Origin: Ruditapes philippinarum
Taxonomy: Eukaryota
Reading direction: 5' to 3'
Assembly (NCBI RefSeq): GCF_026571515.1
Contig: NW_026855183.1
Coordinates: 372,001 to 436,000, forward strand
DNA length: 64,000 nt
Under the pieces are notes generated by a model. The model was not told where the DNA came from and searched no databases. It was given only the letters and a program-made list of their open reading frames with translations. Below are positions 1 through 13,446 of this stretch, one piece after another (the stretch's first letter is position 1; each line of letters starts with the position of its first letter). The position numbers were made by a program, and so were the translations under genes.

Positions 1-110
1 TGTTGAGGGAGTGAAAAGTTATACTCGTACCTTTGTGACATTTACCATTTTAGTTTTTGTTTTACGCTTATCATATAAGATAACAATAAAGCAATCGAAT
101 TAATAAATAC

Positions 111-930
111 CTTCACAACAATATCCTTTCACACCTGCTGCACATTGACATTTGCCATTCCTGTAAACTCCATGGTTCAAACAAAATTGGCTGCATGCAT
201 TTGTTTCATTTTCATCACCATTCTTTCTCTGTATATAACCGGCATTATCATAATAAAAATTTTGTACACAAATTCTGGATCTGGATCTTACTCCACCACC
301 GCAAGTATGGTCGCATGAGCTCCAAGGACCCCATGTGGTCCAGTATGCATGATTATACCCATGATAATTAGACGGTATACCAGTATATGTGTCCACACAT
401 TGTTTTGCAGTTATAACAGCTAAAATGTTTGAAAGCCATGTTTTAATCTACAACATTTTTTTTAAATATAAATTATTTATTGCATGTTCCATTTTAATTT
501 CATTGTGTTTGTAAGTACTATTCCCAAATTATGTCTTTATGCAAATAAAAACAGTCGCTGTTTTTTGGAACATAGACAGTTTCTGTATCTTATTGAATAA
601 TAACGATAGAAAAAGTAAGTTCTGAATTTGTATGAAAGAAACTATTTAGTATTTATTATGCACATTTATCAATATGCAAAATTCAAGAACGCCTAAAATG
701 ACTCAAGAGCCATGAGAACAAAAAAAGCAACACTATTCTTCATGAGAGACTTTTGCAAGTTTAAAAGAAAAATATCAATACAAATTATAGCATTTCTTTT
801 GTTATAATTATTTTAGTTGTTTAACCTAGTATATCATATGCAATCTTTACATTTAATTTATATAGAAATTATCAAAATACTTACTTGTAAATATACCAAT
901 ATAAAATAAATAAACTAAAATGCAATTCAT
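111..930 (-). CDS. Secreted TSP1 + EGF-like domain protein, 5' part (continues beyond left edge)
   Basis: Exon 1 930-885 (MNCILVYLFYIGIFT, GTAAGT donor, phase 1) splices in frame to exon 2 419-111 (TVITAKQCVDTY...WTTWGPWSSCDHTCGGGVRSRSRIC = TSP1; CSQFCLNHGVYRNGKCQCAAGVKGYCCE = EGF-like). Exon 2 ends at a GT donor. Confidence 0.85.
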
Positions 931-2268
931 GTCTTGTAGTTTAACGTAATACAAGGACTATGAATAAATTACACATTGAAATACCTTTACCAACTGTTTT
1001 ATGAAAGTTTTCGGATCTAAGTAGCGGAGAAGATTTTTTTTTCTTATCAGTAAATGGTCTGGGTATTTCTTTATCATTGTTGCATACATTTGTTTCACAC
1101 AGGGACAGTTTGTTATTTTTTAAAACGTTTTAAAAATCATGATCAATCTTAAAGTGGAGTTTTGCACAAACATGAACAGTATAATAATATTAGAAACTTC
1201 TGTGTGACTTCGTTACGTTCACATCTTAATTACAATACGAATTCGCTTTAAAGGTCCCATTGATTGGTAATTTACCACAGCGATATTTCCATTTATATTC
1301 GTAAGAAAAAACCACCAAACCTTATTCAGCGGAAATTACCGACTGCTGTCGTGTTTATTGGAGCATTAATCACCGCTAATCATTGGCCAGTATTTCACGC
1401 GTTTTACGATTCAACGCACCTCGGCGATTTAAGGAAAAAGTCGTACATAAACTTGTACATAAAAAGACATCTATTTTTAATACCTATCATGTCAACAACG
1501 CAGCATTCTGCATTATATGTGATATCAAATTTGGGAATATCCATTTATAAATGTGTTCATACACTGGTTATATTACAATAATTTATATATTTAAATGAAC
1601 ATTTTTTTTCTATTATCAAAGTGGAATACAAACTTAAGATATCAAAACACAAACCATTGCTGTTTCAATCAATATATCGTATACTTTCATTTTATATACG
1701 TTTTAATTGCTAATCGTTATTATGTATCATTATAATATCATGGCATGCAATCAATATGGTTGATATCTTTGCCCTGTATATATATGAGATAAGCATGCAC
1801 ATACTATTATGTGGAGTGAACGTGCTGTAAAGCTTTTCCGCACGATCGAATAACATTGGTCAGCTTCATAATGTTTTCTCTAATTTAACAGTCGGAACAT
1901 ATTTAAGAGTGTTATTCTTAAAATAAAAGTTCACCTAAAATGTTTTTTTTCCAGACTTCACAACAGCAGGTGTTACTTCACTAATATAAATGACTACCAG
2001 AACAGTTGTGAACTACTTTTATAAAATTTATTCCGCCTTTCTTACTCAAAGTTGTAGATGATGCTTTGCCATAACCATAATTCATGTCAAGGGCCGTGTG
2101 GCAGCTGTTGTTTACCCCTTACTTCATTTCAGTATTTTCTATATTTTCCTGGTCTTTAGGGATCATTGATTCTAGCGCTTTAAGTGTTGAAAATTTAATG
2201 GTGCTGATGCGGGTTCAATGTTGAACGTTTTTATCATCCCTTATGCACATACTCCATCAAAACGATAA

Positions 2269-2495
2269 CCGCCTCCGTGGTCAAGGGGCAAGAGTCGATG
2301 ACTTCTAGTCCAGTTACCTCTCTGGCATGGGTTCGATCCCCGGGAGATGCTTTGGTAGTTTAACACGGAGGAAGGTAATCTAGTACTTGTGTAACTCTTC
2401 AGGAACGATGGTTAGGAAACTACCCGCCTATATGACTTAAATACTGTTGGGAAAAGGCATAAAATGAAACAAACAAATAAACAAAACAATCAAAC
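2269..2495 (+). mobile_element. tRNA-derived SINE (degenerate)
   Basis: A-box-like TGGTCAAGGGG at ~2278, B-box GGTTCGATCCC at ~2330, a 3' motif ccgcctatatgacttaaatactgttg and an (AAAC)n-type tail at 2467-2495. Confidence 0.65.
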
Positions 2496-4624
2496 CGAGC
2501 CTTTAATTTTCATGTAATTTTGTTGTAATTAATGCTTCCGTGGGATCACTTTTTCCAGATTTTCATTAAAAAGATACTAATACAGAATAGCGGCAGTATG
2601 ACATGCATTGACAAGATGAAACCAGTTGCTATAAGGATATGTACCTCGATCTAGTTAGTACTAGCTTTCATTGACAACAGTACAATTTGATCAATATAAT
2701 AAAAGATAACTAAGCGTAACGTTATGTTTTGGTGACCTTCACAGAAATCTAGCCTTGAGTATCAGGTCTGTCCATCATTAAAAGTAAAAAATATTTCAGA
2801 CGAACAAATTGATCTATTTTTGTAATATCACAAACAGACGATACAATGTTAGTTTGAAATTTGAAATTTAATTGGGTGATGATTTACATAATAATTTCAT
2901 AGTTTATCACAGTTGATATACATGTATAGTGTGTTGATATAATTGCCAATACATGTAAACATTTTAATGATAAGAATGACAATTCAAAAGTTGTTGTTGT
3001 GATTGTCATAGAATGAATTTAATTGCCCGAATTTGAATTAGTAATCCCATTTTATACCTTTAAAAGATCTTTCTAGCCACTTTTTCACGCTGTGACATGT
3101 GCTTAAACTTTTCAGCACAGTCAAGCTATTTACAAAACTTTTTAAAGTCAAAATTATGACAAGAATGTCAAAAATAGTGTAATATATCGTTAATTCATCA
3201 TACTTATAGATTTAAAATAAATAAGAGTCGTTATTTTTTAGTTGGAATCATAGCCCTTAAATGTCCACCATTATCCTTCTGTACAAATATATATATATAT
3301 ACCATTGCGATAATCAATAACAAAAATGAACGTGAATACAAATATTCAACTCGTATCATTACGGTTTGTCTCTGTATGACATAAAGTTGCCCATTTCGCA
3401 ACATGTATGCATTCATTGTCCATGTTGACTGCACTTGCTTGTACCTTAGATCATGAAGTGTTTCTATTTTAGGATTAGGGTTATCAAGTGTTGCTATGTC
3501 AAATTGTCGTTTCATGATAATAAATTGTTAGTATTATCTTGTCTGATGTTAGTCTAATGACAGTTCATATCTTTACATGAGGTTTCCTTGAAGTGTTTAT
3601 ATCATTCTTTTTAGCTCTAATATTAAATGTTCAAAACATTTTAACATTAAACTTTAAACCTTATATATCTGTGAAGTGAAGAATAAATTAACAAAACGTA
3701 AAAGTATGAGTCAATTTCTAAAATTCTACGACGATGTCAACTGCTTTCTTTTGTGGCATCACTTCTAATAACAAGTAAAAAATTGCTGGGAAATGCAGCA
3801 ATATGATTGTCACGGCGAAAAAAAAAAACCCAACCCCCCACCCCCCCCCCAAAAAAAAAAAACAAAAAAAAACCCATTTAAAATTTAAAATTTGGATAAG
3901 GTATCTCCAAATACATTTTTTTTTGTTTGGGCCCAATTTTTAACTTTTTCCGGGAAGGGGTTTTAAAATATCAAAATCTTAACTTTTTTAAAGAGCCAGG
4001 GTTTTTTTTATGTAGAAGGGGGCAGAAAAAATTTATCATTTTTTGGTGTTAACGGGGCATACCTCTCGAGTGAGTTTTTACCCCACCTAGGGAAAAGGTT
4101 TCCCATTTTTTTGATTTTTCAAAGGCCTTTGTAGTTATCCCTTCTGGAAAAAATTTTTAAAAGGTTGAAAAAAAACAAAGGGCAAAAACTGAAAAAAAAT
4201 TTGCACGGTGGGTTTAAAATTTTCTTTGGGGGCGGGGCACCCCTCCTCAATGAAAATCTATACACCAAAATAAGTTTAAAGGGTTGATACCTCTAACACC
4301 TTTTTGAGATTATTAATTATTATATACACATTTTCTATAGCACTCTTTTCATAAATAATTAAAAATGTTCAAGAGTGCCTTTATTTACAATAAAATCCGA
4401 TTAAAACAATAATCGATATATATTTTAATATCACCCTCCGGATGCCGGGGGATTTTGCAGACTCCGTAAATATGGTATTGGGGGGCACGGCCGTTGATAT
4501 ATTTTGACGTGACGTCATTTAGCGTTAATCAAACATATGTGTAAAGACGCGCTAAATGTTGGCGTTATACTAAAATATGGCGGCGTCAATGAAAAATGAC
4601 TCTTATTTACTTTATATGTGATAA

Positions 4625-4778
4625 ATAGAATATTAAAATTCGTGTAAGTTCATTTCTGAATTTATTGCACTCGTTATAAATATAATATTATGCTCGCCAG
4701 AGGCTCGCATAATATAATTTTATTCAACTCGTGCAATAAATTCAGTATTGAACTTACACTCATTCAATATCCTCTATA
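4625..4778. repeat. Long imperfect palindrome within a ~0.6 kb insertion that interrupts the satellite (probable non-autonomous DNA element)
   Basis: gtgtaagttcatttctgaatttattgcactcgtt...tattatgc (from 4642) pairs with gcataata...aactcgtgcaataaattcagtattgaacttacac (to 4759). Confidence 0.7.
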
Positions 4779-4904
4779 AGACATAATGAACAACATTAAT
4801 TTAGTAAACCTATTAAACAATAATGATAATCTAAAACCAGTAAAGGATGGTAAGAAATACAGACAACATTTAGTTTAAAATCAAGGCACAATTAATAATA
4901 ATTG

Positions 4905-6362
4905 AGATAAGCTCCGGACAAAAAAGTATGAAAAATAACAAATGGGCAATAAACTAACAAAATATAAAGGGTATTTATTCTTGCGCACAAACATTCCTCC
5001 CCAATAAGATCTATCCACCTATAAAGTTTTCATGTTTGATATTTCAAAGACTTTTTCAGAGATATGCTCCACTCAGGTGAAACATTTAGTATGGAAAATA
5101 ACAAAGGGCAATAACTCAAAAATTATGAAGGGTAGAGTTATCACTCTTTTGCACTGCATACCTCCTGAGAAAGATCTATCCACCTATGAAAGTTTCATGT
5201 TGAAATCTCAAATGCTTTTTTGTTAGTTATACCCTGGACAAAAATAAAGTATGAAAAATAACAAAGTGCAATAATAACTGAAAAAAACAATGCACGGTAT
5301 GTTATCATTCTAGTGTGCTGCAATGCTCCCCAATAAGATCTATCCACCTATGAAGTTTCAAGTTGTTACCTCTAACATTTTTTAGATAAGCTCCGGACAA
5401 AAAGTTTGAAAAATAACAAATGGCAATAACTCAAACATTATAAAGGATAGAGTTATCATTCTTGCGCACAACATTCCTCCTCAAAAAAGATCTATCCACC
5501 TATGAAGTTTCATGTTGACATTTCAAAGACTTTTTCAGAGATATGCTCCACTTAGGTGAAAAAATTAGTATGAAAAATAACAAAGGGCAATAACTAAAAA
5601 TTATGAAGGGTAGAGTTATCACTCATTTTTTGCACTGGGCATATCTCCTGAGTGAGATCTGTCCACCTTTGAAGGTTCATGTAGATATCTCAAAGGCTTT
5701 TGTAGTTATATCCTGGACAAAATTAAGTATGAAAAATAACAAAGGGCAATAACTGAAAAATAATGCACGGTTAGTTATCATTCTAGTGTGGCTGCACTTC
5801 TCATCAAAAAGAGCTATCCACCTATGAAGTTTCAAGTTGTTACCTCTCCCACTTTTTTAGATATTCTCCGGGACAAAAAGTAAGAAAATAACAAAATGTC
5901 AATAACTCAAAAAATTATAAAGGTTATGAGTTATCATTCTTTCGCACAACATTCATCCTCAAAAAAGATCTATCTACCTATGAAAATTACATTGACATCT
6001 CAAAGTTTTTTTAGTTAATTTATGCTTGCTCCACTCAGGTGAAAAATTAAGTATGAAAAATAACAAAGAGCAATAACTCAAAACTTAGAAATGGTACAGT
6101 TATCACTCTTGCATTGCACACCTCCTGAGTGAGATCTATCCACATGAAGTTTCATGTTGATATCTCAAAGGCTTTTTGAGTTATGCTGTGGACAAAAATT
6201 GAGTTTGAAGAATAACAAAGGGCAACAATGAAAAAAATATGCAGCGTAGGGTTATCATTCTTGTGCACTGCACTTTTCCTAAATTTATCCACAAATGAAG
6301 TTTCAAGTTGATACCTCCACCTCTGAAGTTTCAAATTGATACTTTTTGAGATATGCTCCGGG
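4905..6362 (+). repeat. Satellite array, nine ~155-165 bp monomers in a three-monomer higher-order repeat
   Basis: Recurrent core agtatgaaaaataacaaagggcaataact...agatctatccacctatgaagtttca; monomer starts at ~4912, 5066, 5231, 5391, 5545, 5711, 5865, 6029 and 6186. Confidence 0.9.
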
Positions 6363-7204
6363 CAAAAATGTAGAGTGACGGACGGAAGGACAGACGGACG
6401 GATGGAGACTAATTCTATATCCGTCTTTTCGGCGGGGGGTAATAAACATTTTCTTGCTCATATCTAAAGGAAACTCAGAATTTTGCTCTCAATAACGTGA
6501 CATGAATTCTGAATGAAGTTTGATGTTGTGGTAAAAACTGATTTAAGGACCAAATTAAGTTTTATTTTACAACCTGGTATGGTGAATGTTAATTGGTGAA
6601 ACGCATATAGAAAAACCAAGTCTCATTTTAGAGAATTGCGCAAGAAAAATGAAATTATTAAACAAGAGGGCCATGATGGGCCTGAGTCGCTCACTCCAGA
6701 AACAACTGCTTTTCAGTGTTTTTCTCAAAAGAACTTGCTGAAAGGCAAGTCCAGCTCTTTCGGCAGTTCAGCTCGATCAACTTTTTTAACTTGCCCTTTA
6801 GTAATATACTTTCACACAACACTGATTGTTTTAGCTTTTTTTTCTTCATAATAAACAATAGGACCACTAAGATGGCCCTAGATGACTCATCTAACCCATC
6901 AATTTTCATTATTCACTAATAAAAATTGTAATATTTTGCCCTAATATTTTGGAAAGGATTTGTTAAAATATGTATGTTGCAAGTGTGTTCCTATGAGACT
7001 ATGTAGAATAAATGCAGAACAACTGACCACTAGAGCAGGATTAATTTTGATTGGACAATTTTTTTAAAAACTTTTTTTTGAATGAAAACACAAAATGTCA
7101 CATGCAAAACATGTAAGGTGTAGATGTTTGAAGTTCACACAGTTTGGGACAAATTTTTTTTTATACATTCTGTATGGTAACATAAACTGTAGCTCAAAAA
7201 AAGA

Positions 7205-7660
7205 CAATAGGTCAAAAACATTGTAAAAAATATGAAAAGTAGGCCAGTTAATATCAAAATTCAATTCAGCATCAGAAATTACACCCCTAGTCCAAATTTC
7301 AAGTCTGTATGTCAAGAACACAAGAATGAAAAGTCAAATTATATCAAAAATATCAAAAGTAGGTCAGTTGATATCAAAATTCATTCGGCATCAGAATTTA
7401 CAAACCTGGTCAACATTTTAAAATGTGAATGTCATAATACAAGACAGTAGGTAAAATGATGTCAGTAATACCTAAAGTAGGTCAGCTGGTATCAAAATTG
7501 TAATTCAACATCAAAATTACACAAATTACACCCCATAGTCCAAATTTTCAAGTCTGTACATAAAAGACAAAAAAAGTAGGTAAAGCGATATCAAACATAT
7601 CAAAAGTAAGCCCAGTTCATATCAAAATTCAATTCAGGAACAGAAATTAAACCCCTTGTC
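7205..7660 (+). repeat. Tandem repeat, about four copies of ~120 bp
   Basis: Recurrent aaagtaggtcagttgatatcaaaattcaattcagcatcagaaattacaccc at ~7237, 7356, 7474 and 7603. Confidence 0.75.
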
Positions 7661-8264
7661 CCTTGTTAATTCTACAAAAAAAATGAAAAAATTACAAATT
7701 TTTTACAAAATTCAATAAGAGAATTGAGCAGATAAACTCATCTTTGATAGTAAAGTACAGGAGAAACAAATTTTTATGTTTCTTTAGGCCTATTGTTTTC
7801 TGGTTAATGACCTACAACTGACCTTACAATGATGCAATAGTCCGAATTCCAGAGCTGAAATATATTTACACATCATAAACAGGTCATGACCCAAGCCAAT
7901 GAAATTTATGAAATTCTTGCTGAAAATGTCTTATTTGGATAAAAGAATGAATATACTATGTACAGGGGAAACTGCATATGCTATTACAGGCAATGTAAAG
8001 ATGGTCTTTTCTATAAAAAAAAAAGAAAAAAAAGTTTTTGTAATGACACTATCATTATATTTATACTGTGACCACGAATAGTGTTAAGAGTTTAAAACAT
8101 AACATATCTACTTTGTGTGAAGTCAAAACACGTATATTGCATATTTATATTTATAAGAAGACTGTGTATCCATTGTCAATATTTTTTTTTATATTAAAAT
8201 TAGAGCTTAGAATATCTTTAAACTTTAATTTAAAGAAATGCTAGTGCATTTAAGCTTTAGCTTT

Positions 8265-9530
8265 AACAGGACCAATCAAATTAATATGAGCAAACTTGAT
8301 TTAAGACTACCTAAGAATGCTACTGACAAAGTTTAATGATCACCTATCAATTAGCTCTGCAGATGAAGATGTCTAAAGGGGTTTTTCTATTTTTAGCCCT
8401 AGAGACCCCTAAAAGAGGCCAATCAAATTAAGATGAGTAAACTTGATAAAAGACTACCAAAGAAGGCTACAGACAAAGTTTGGTGATCATTCATCTATTA
8501 GTTCTGTAGAAGCAGATGTTTAAAGGTATTTCTATTTTTAGCTTTAAAGCGGCCCCTACAAGGGGCCAATCAAATTAATATGAGCAAACTTGATAAAATG
8601 CTACTTAAGAATGCTACAGACAAAGTTTTGGTGATCATCCATCAATTAGTTCTGTAGAAAAAGCATTTAAAAGTATTTCTATTTAAGCTATAGCGGCCCT
8701 TAAAAGGGACCAATCAAAATAATATAGCCAAAACTTGATAAAAGACTACCCAAGCAATGCTACAGACAAAGTTTGGTAATCATCCATCCATTAGTTCTGT
8801 AGAAAAAGATGTCTAAAGGTTTTTCTATTTTTAGCCCTAGAGACCCCTAAAAGTGGCCAATCAAATAAATACGAGCAAACTTAATAAAAGACTACCCAAG
8901 AAGGGTACTGACAAAGTTTTGTGATCATCCATCTATTAGTTCTGTAGAAGAAGACATTTAAAGGTATTTATATTTTTAGCTATAGCGGCCCCTACAAGGG
9001 TCCAATCAAATTAATATGAGCAAACTTGATAAAAGACTACCCAAGAATGCTACAGACAAAGTTTGGTAATCATCCATCAATTGGTTCTGTAGAAGAAAAT
9101 GTCTAAAGGTTTTCTATTTTAAGCCCTAGTGACCCCTAAAAGGGGCCAATCAAGTTAATATGAGCAAACTTGATGAAATACTACCTAAGGATGCTACAGA
9201 CAAAGTTTGGTGATCATCCATCAACTAGTTCTGTAGAAGAAGACGTTTAAAGGTATTTCTATTTTTAGCTATAGCAGCCCCTACAAGGGGCCAATCAAAT
9301 TAATATGAGCAAACTTGATAAAAGACTACCCAAGAATGCTACAGACAAAGTTTGGTGATCATCCATCAATTGGTTCTGTAGAAGAAGATGTCTAAAGGTT
9401 TTCTATTTTTAGCTCTGCTAAAGGGGCCAATTGAAATGACATGAGCAAATTTAGGTGTGACTATCACAAGGATGCTACATACCAAATTTTAGTTAAATCT
9501 GCCCAGCAGTTTCAGAGAAGAAGATGATTG
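8265..9530 (+). repeat. Satellite array, about nine monomers of ~146 bp
   Basis: ccaatcaaattaatatgagcaaacttgataaaagactacccaagaatgctacagacaaagtttggtgatcatccatc... recurs at ~8272, 8419, 8566, 8710, 8857, 9002, 9146, 9291 and 9427. Confidence 0.92.
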
Positions 9531-11228
9531 TTGACGCATGACGACGGACGCCGGACGCCGGAGTATCCCCCTTTGTTACTAATAGCTCACCCTGAGCCTT
9601 CGGCTCTGGTGAGCTAAAAAAAGAAGACAATTTAAGTTCTTAATTGCAAAATATAGAAACTTAGGAATGTAATGTTCAAAGACATTTTACACGTGAAAAG
9701 ATTCACTCCGAGAGAGACATAGATCCGACATGAGAACACATTAGTCGAAATATGTCGTCCCTTCGTGTTTTCGCATTTTGAGGCGAAGACGCGAAAATAT
9801 TTGGATGGCGTTAATCAGCCACCATACATAATCCATTCAAGGCAAATTTCTCAAGCATGTCGAAAGGATGTCCGGAAATGTGTTAATAATAAAACGCTGA
9901 TATTTCGTGTGTTGATAAAAATACTGTTTAGATTCTATATGGTTTTGAAAAAAAAAACTGTTTCTATGTTACTTTTTCACGGAAATGGGCTGTACAATGA
10001 TTGCGTAAAAACAATAAAATGTCGGCTGTAGAAATCGAAAGGCATTTTGTCACGTGACTTTTGCCCATGCTACCGAAAACTACCCATCACAATATCACGG
10101 CGTTGAGACGCCGTGAAATAACTTTGCGTTATTTTAAAACATTTGGAATTTTTTATTGAAAATTAGTTCATTCAGTTTTTTCTTCTTCAAATATTATGAA
10201 TTATGAATGACTACCAGAACAGTCGTGAACTACCGTGCATGTATTGACTTTTATAAAATCTATTCTTACTCAAAGTTGTAGATAATGCTTTGCCAATAAC
10301 TATACTTCTTTTACATTTTTGTATATCAGTGACTATATTTATTGGCCGTTTGTTATTACAATATCTCCTAAAGATGTGAAGTAAAAACTGTCTAAATGAG
10401 CCCATTTCTAAACCCTCGGCAAGCATCATTGATGATAACATTTATATTTGTGACAAATTATATATAACATTTATATTTGTGACAATTGATCTCATAAAAA
10501 TAATTTTGTTTTCGTTACATGAAAATGTCAAAGAAGGAGTATTAGCACAGTGAATTACAGTGCATTACATGTACACGTAATGACAAACGTTTCAGAGTTC
10601 TTAAATATTAAAAAATAAAGCTGCATTTTCTATAATCATATATATTTTTAATTCTGTTTAATATCAGTGATACAGCTATATTATATATTTACTGGCCGCA
10701 TGTTATTGCATTCTCGTACATTGAAGTTGATAGATTTGCTATAAATTTGTTTACAAGGTAATTTTTGCAATGCTATATTTATAAAAACTTGGTAAAGCAA
10801 ATGCGTGTGGTGTCTAGACATTTCAAACAGGAGATGAAAAGAAACCTATTTTGATTGCTGATAACCCTTGCGATGTACCCGGTGGAAAAAGGGATGTTTT
10901 GAAGAAAAAAAAAATATTTCGTCAATGATGACGATTTTAATTAACAGCTTTTTGCATAGATAACATATAAAGGTTAATATTTCAAACTTCTTTTAACTGC
11001 TATGTAAGAAGTAAGTCTAGGAAAGTTTGCTAGACAACAATTTTGAAGTAATTCCAAAAATGTTTTTAAACATGGTCTCATTGCTGCTGAAAACTTTTAA
11101 TCTAAGAGCATTTTCCATATAACTGATTTATTTTATAAAAAGAAATACTCTAAAAGAACAATTAAATATAGCAGCGTTTGATTGAAGAAATAATTTAATA
11201 AAAATGATGATTTGTTTTCTTTATTCAG

Positions 11229-13446
11229 GACATTTGTGTTAACTTTACAGCGCAGCATCCGGTACATTTTACCTGCAGATCTGACCGGACTAAAACGTTC
11301 AGTCAGCAAGGTCAGCGTAAATATGAAGGTAATACTAGTTAAAAGCGGACTAGATCATTGTTAATTTAGAAGCAGTGTCATTTTAACAATCCAGATAAAC
11401 AAAAAAAGCAAAGAGTTTAATTAGCTGCTATTTTATAAATTCTCATGTCTTTCTATATTTCTATATATATATTACTGTATTTAGTTTTTCTACAGTTACT
11501 ATAAATTATATTAAGTAAACGCATGGTCTTATAATAACAGTACACGTATTTAGAAAGGTTTTGAATAGTTATTCACACATGCAGGACCTCCCGCTAACTA
11601 CAACACCGACCCTTATCTCCAAATTAACAAAGCAAAATGACATAACAATTTTAGTTGCAAGATAAAGTCATCAAACATGCAGGCTTTTATCCACATTTTT
11701 ATTTCAATGATAATTTTGAAAGGTATGATTTTCATATAGTTTAAAAACACATCTGAAATAAAGTCTACTCCTTCATTATGATTCTGATTTAACTATTGAT
11801 AGCAATATATTTTTGCATTTTATGAGAGTCTATATTTAAAACAAACATTATTGTTTTAATGTCAGCTTGCGATGCACAACAACGCAACTTTAAGTTGGCC
11901 AGTACAACGATAACAGCCGAGAAACTACAAGAAAAGGTCAATGACTACAGCCAGTGCTACGTTGATGTTGTCGTCCATAATTCATCGTCCTTTCAATTTG
12001 GACTGTTAAATGCTACAGTTATTGCGTTAACAAATGATTCTGGTAAAGTTTATTACGCCGACGGGCTAACGGATATTAACGGTCATGTTTGTCTTCCGGT
12101 TCTCTGTCATAAAGCAATACGCATTTTTGTAGAGAAAAATTCTGTTCGAATTTCTGCACTTAATAAAACGATGCAACAGAGAAATATTCCAAGAGGATTT
12201 AGTGTAAAATTTGAAACAAATAATGAAGTGATTTTATGCATATGCATGGGGAACAGTAGCCGGTAGGTCCGGTCCCGTTTACAGTACAAAAGAGAAAGGA
12301 AAATGCAACGCAGCTCTAACAAGCGATTATCATTTTGTATTTATTTTCTTACATTGCTATTCCCGACAGACTATTGTCGACACTTTCCCCACCTACTAAC
12401 CCAGATGATCCTTCTGATCCGAAGTTTGAAAATGCTTGGAGATATGGTATGACGGGCAACAGACGATCATGCTTTTTAAAAATTAAAATAAAGGTTGGTT
12501 AAAAAAATCAATTCTGTTTTACAATAAATTTCAAACTACATGTATATGCATTATTTTTTTTTTTTTTGCACATTTACTTCAACTAAAATATTTTGCAATT
12601 TATGTTTATAATTTTGTAATTTAAAGGGTTTCCGTCCGAAAAATGTTTGTTTCCGTTTAAAAATTTCTGACCTAAAATTATAAAAAATGATTACAATATC
12701 GTATTTTATTGCTTTTTCAGACCTCTAAACGCAAGTCAAAAAAAGTGATACAAAAACTGGAAATGCAAAGGGAAAAGGGTGTATGGGCTTATTTGAAACG
12801 GGGGCCAAAAATACCTTAATGCAGTGTTTACACGGATAAGGCAGCTTTTAATTTCAGATCCCCGGTTTGGGCTTTGGATGGTGTCGAAATAAAGGAATAT
12901 ACAGGTGGGAATCCAGGATGCTGCATATGTTCTTTCCTAATTTTGTTGTAGATCTATTTGAGAAGAATTATGTAAAGTATACAGAGTTTTATTACCTTGC
13001 AATGTACTTTATATATTAATCATTTAACTATTTAGTTAGAATAATGTAGTACATAAATCAACGGAGGCCAGACACACCATTTGCTTTAAACAGCGATCTC
13101 CATGTTATTTCAATAAATTCAAACATCTTAAAGAATGTGTTACGGTATTATACTTATCAATTGATAGGAATAACTTATCGCTAATGCTTTCAGCAACATT
13201 AGATCAGGAAATATATTCAACGTTGAACGCACAGAATTAAACACGTTCTTTGCAAAGACCAGCACGGACAACTACGGCTCCGAAAAGGGAATCTACATTA
13301 ACCAAGATCCACGTGTTGCACGTGCAAAATGCTTCACTGGTCGTGAATTTCTAGGCTCTGAGTATGCAATGAATGTAAATGTAGGGTATGCATTTGAATA
13401 TGATTGTCTACAGGACCAAGCATGTTCATGTGTTATTGGTAAATAA
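11229..13446 (+). pseudogene. CILP C-terminal-chain-like gene, copy 1 (frameshifted; third exon garbled)
   Basis: Exons 11229-11328 (DICVNFTAQHPVHFTCRSDRTKTFSQQGQRKYE, phase 0/1), 11866-12493, ~12721-12928 (garbled) and 13194-13446. Nearly identical to 21280-22891 but with a 5-nt deletion at ~12230 and a 4-nt insertion at ~12340. Confidence 0.7.

Larger units (their letters stand above)
3770..6446 (+). mobile_element. Non-autonomous Helentron/HINE (pearl/CvA-like) element carrying a satellite array
   Basis: Starts AACAAG, carries an internal ~155-165 bp tandem array, then a (GACG/GACA) microsatellite at 6377-6404 and a short GC-rich terminal palindrome (ccgtcttttcggcgg) followed by an A-rich end. 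Confidence 0.65.
6660..9620 (+). mobile_element. Non-autonomous Helentron/HINE (pearl/CvA-like) element
   Basis: 5' end aaacaagagggccatgatgggcctgagtcgctcac. The 3' end has a gacg-type microsatellite, then the terminal palindrome agctcaccctgagccttcggctctggtgagct and poly-A. Contains two tandem arrays. Confidence 0.75.

Noticed and set aside
1247-1581. 105-aa ORF, or a TTAAAGG-starting transposon end
   Set aside because: No recognisable domain, and no matching second terminus was found.
2269-2345. tRNA gene
   Set aside because: A/B boxes are present but there is no complete cloverleaf, and a SINE body and tail follow.
3403-3470. Duplicated block as the missing signal-peptide exon of the C-chain gene (MYAFIV...)
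   Set aside because: In-frame stops follow quickly and there is no convincing phase-0 donor.
3718-3936. Hydrophobic ORF with poly-F/poly-G
   Set aside because: Arises from homopolymer-garbled sequence.
5032-7450. Short ORFs at 5032, 6152, 6636-6919, 7064 and 7232
   Set aside because: They fall within satellite/HINE sequence and show no protein motifs or exon logic.
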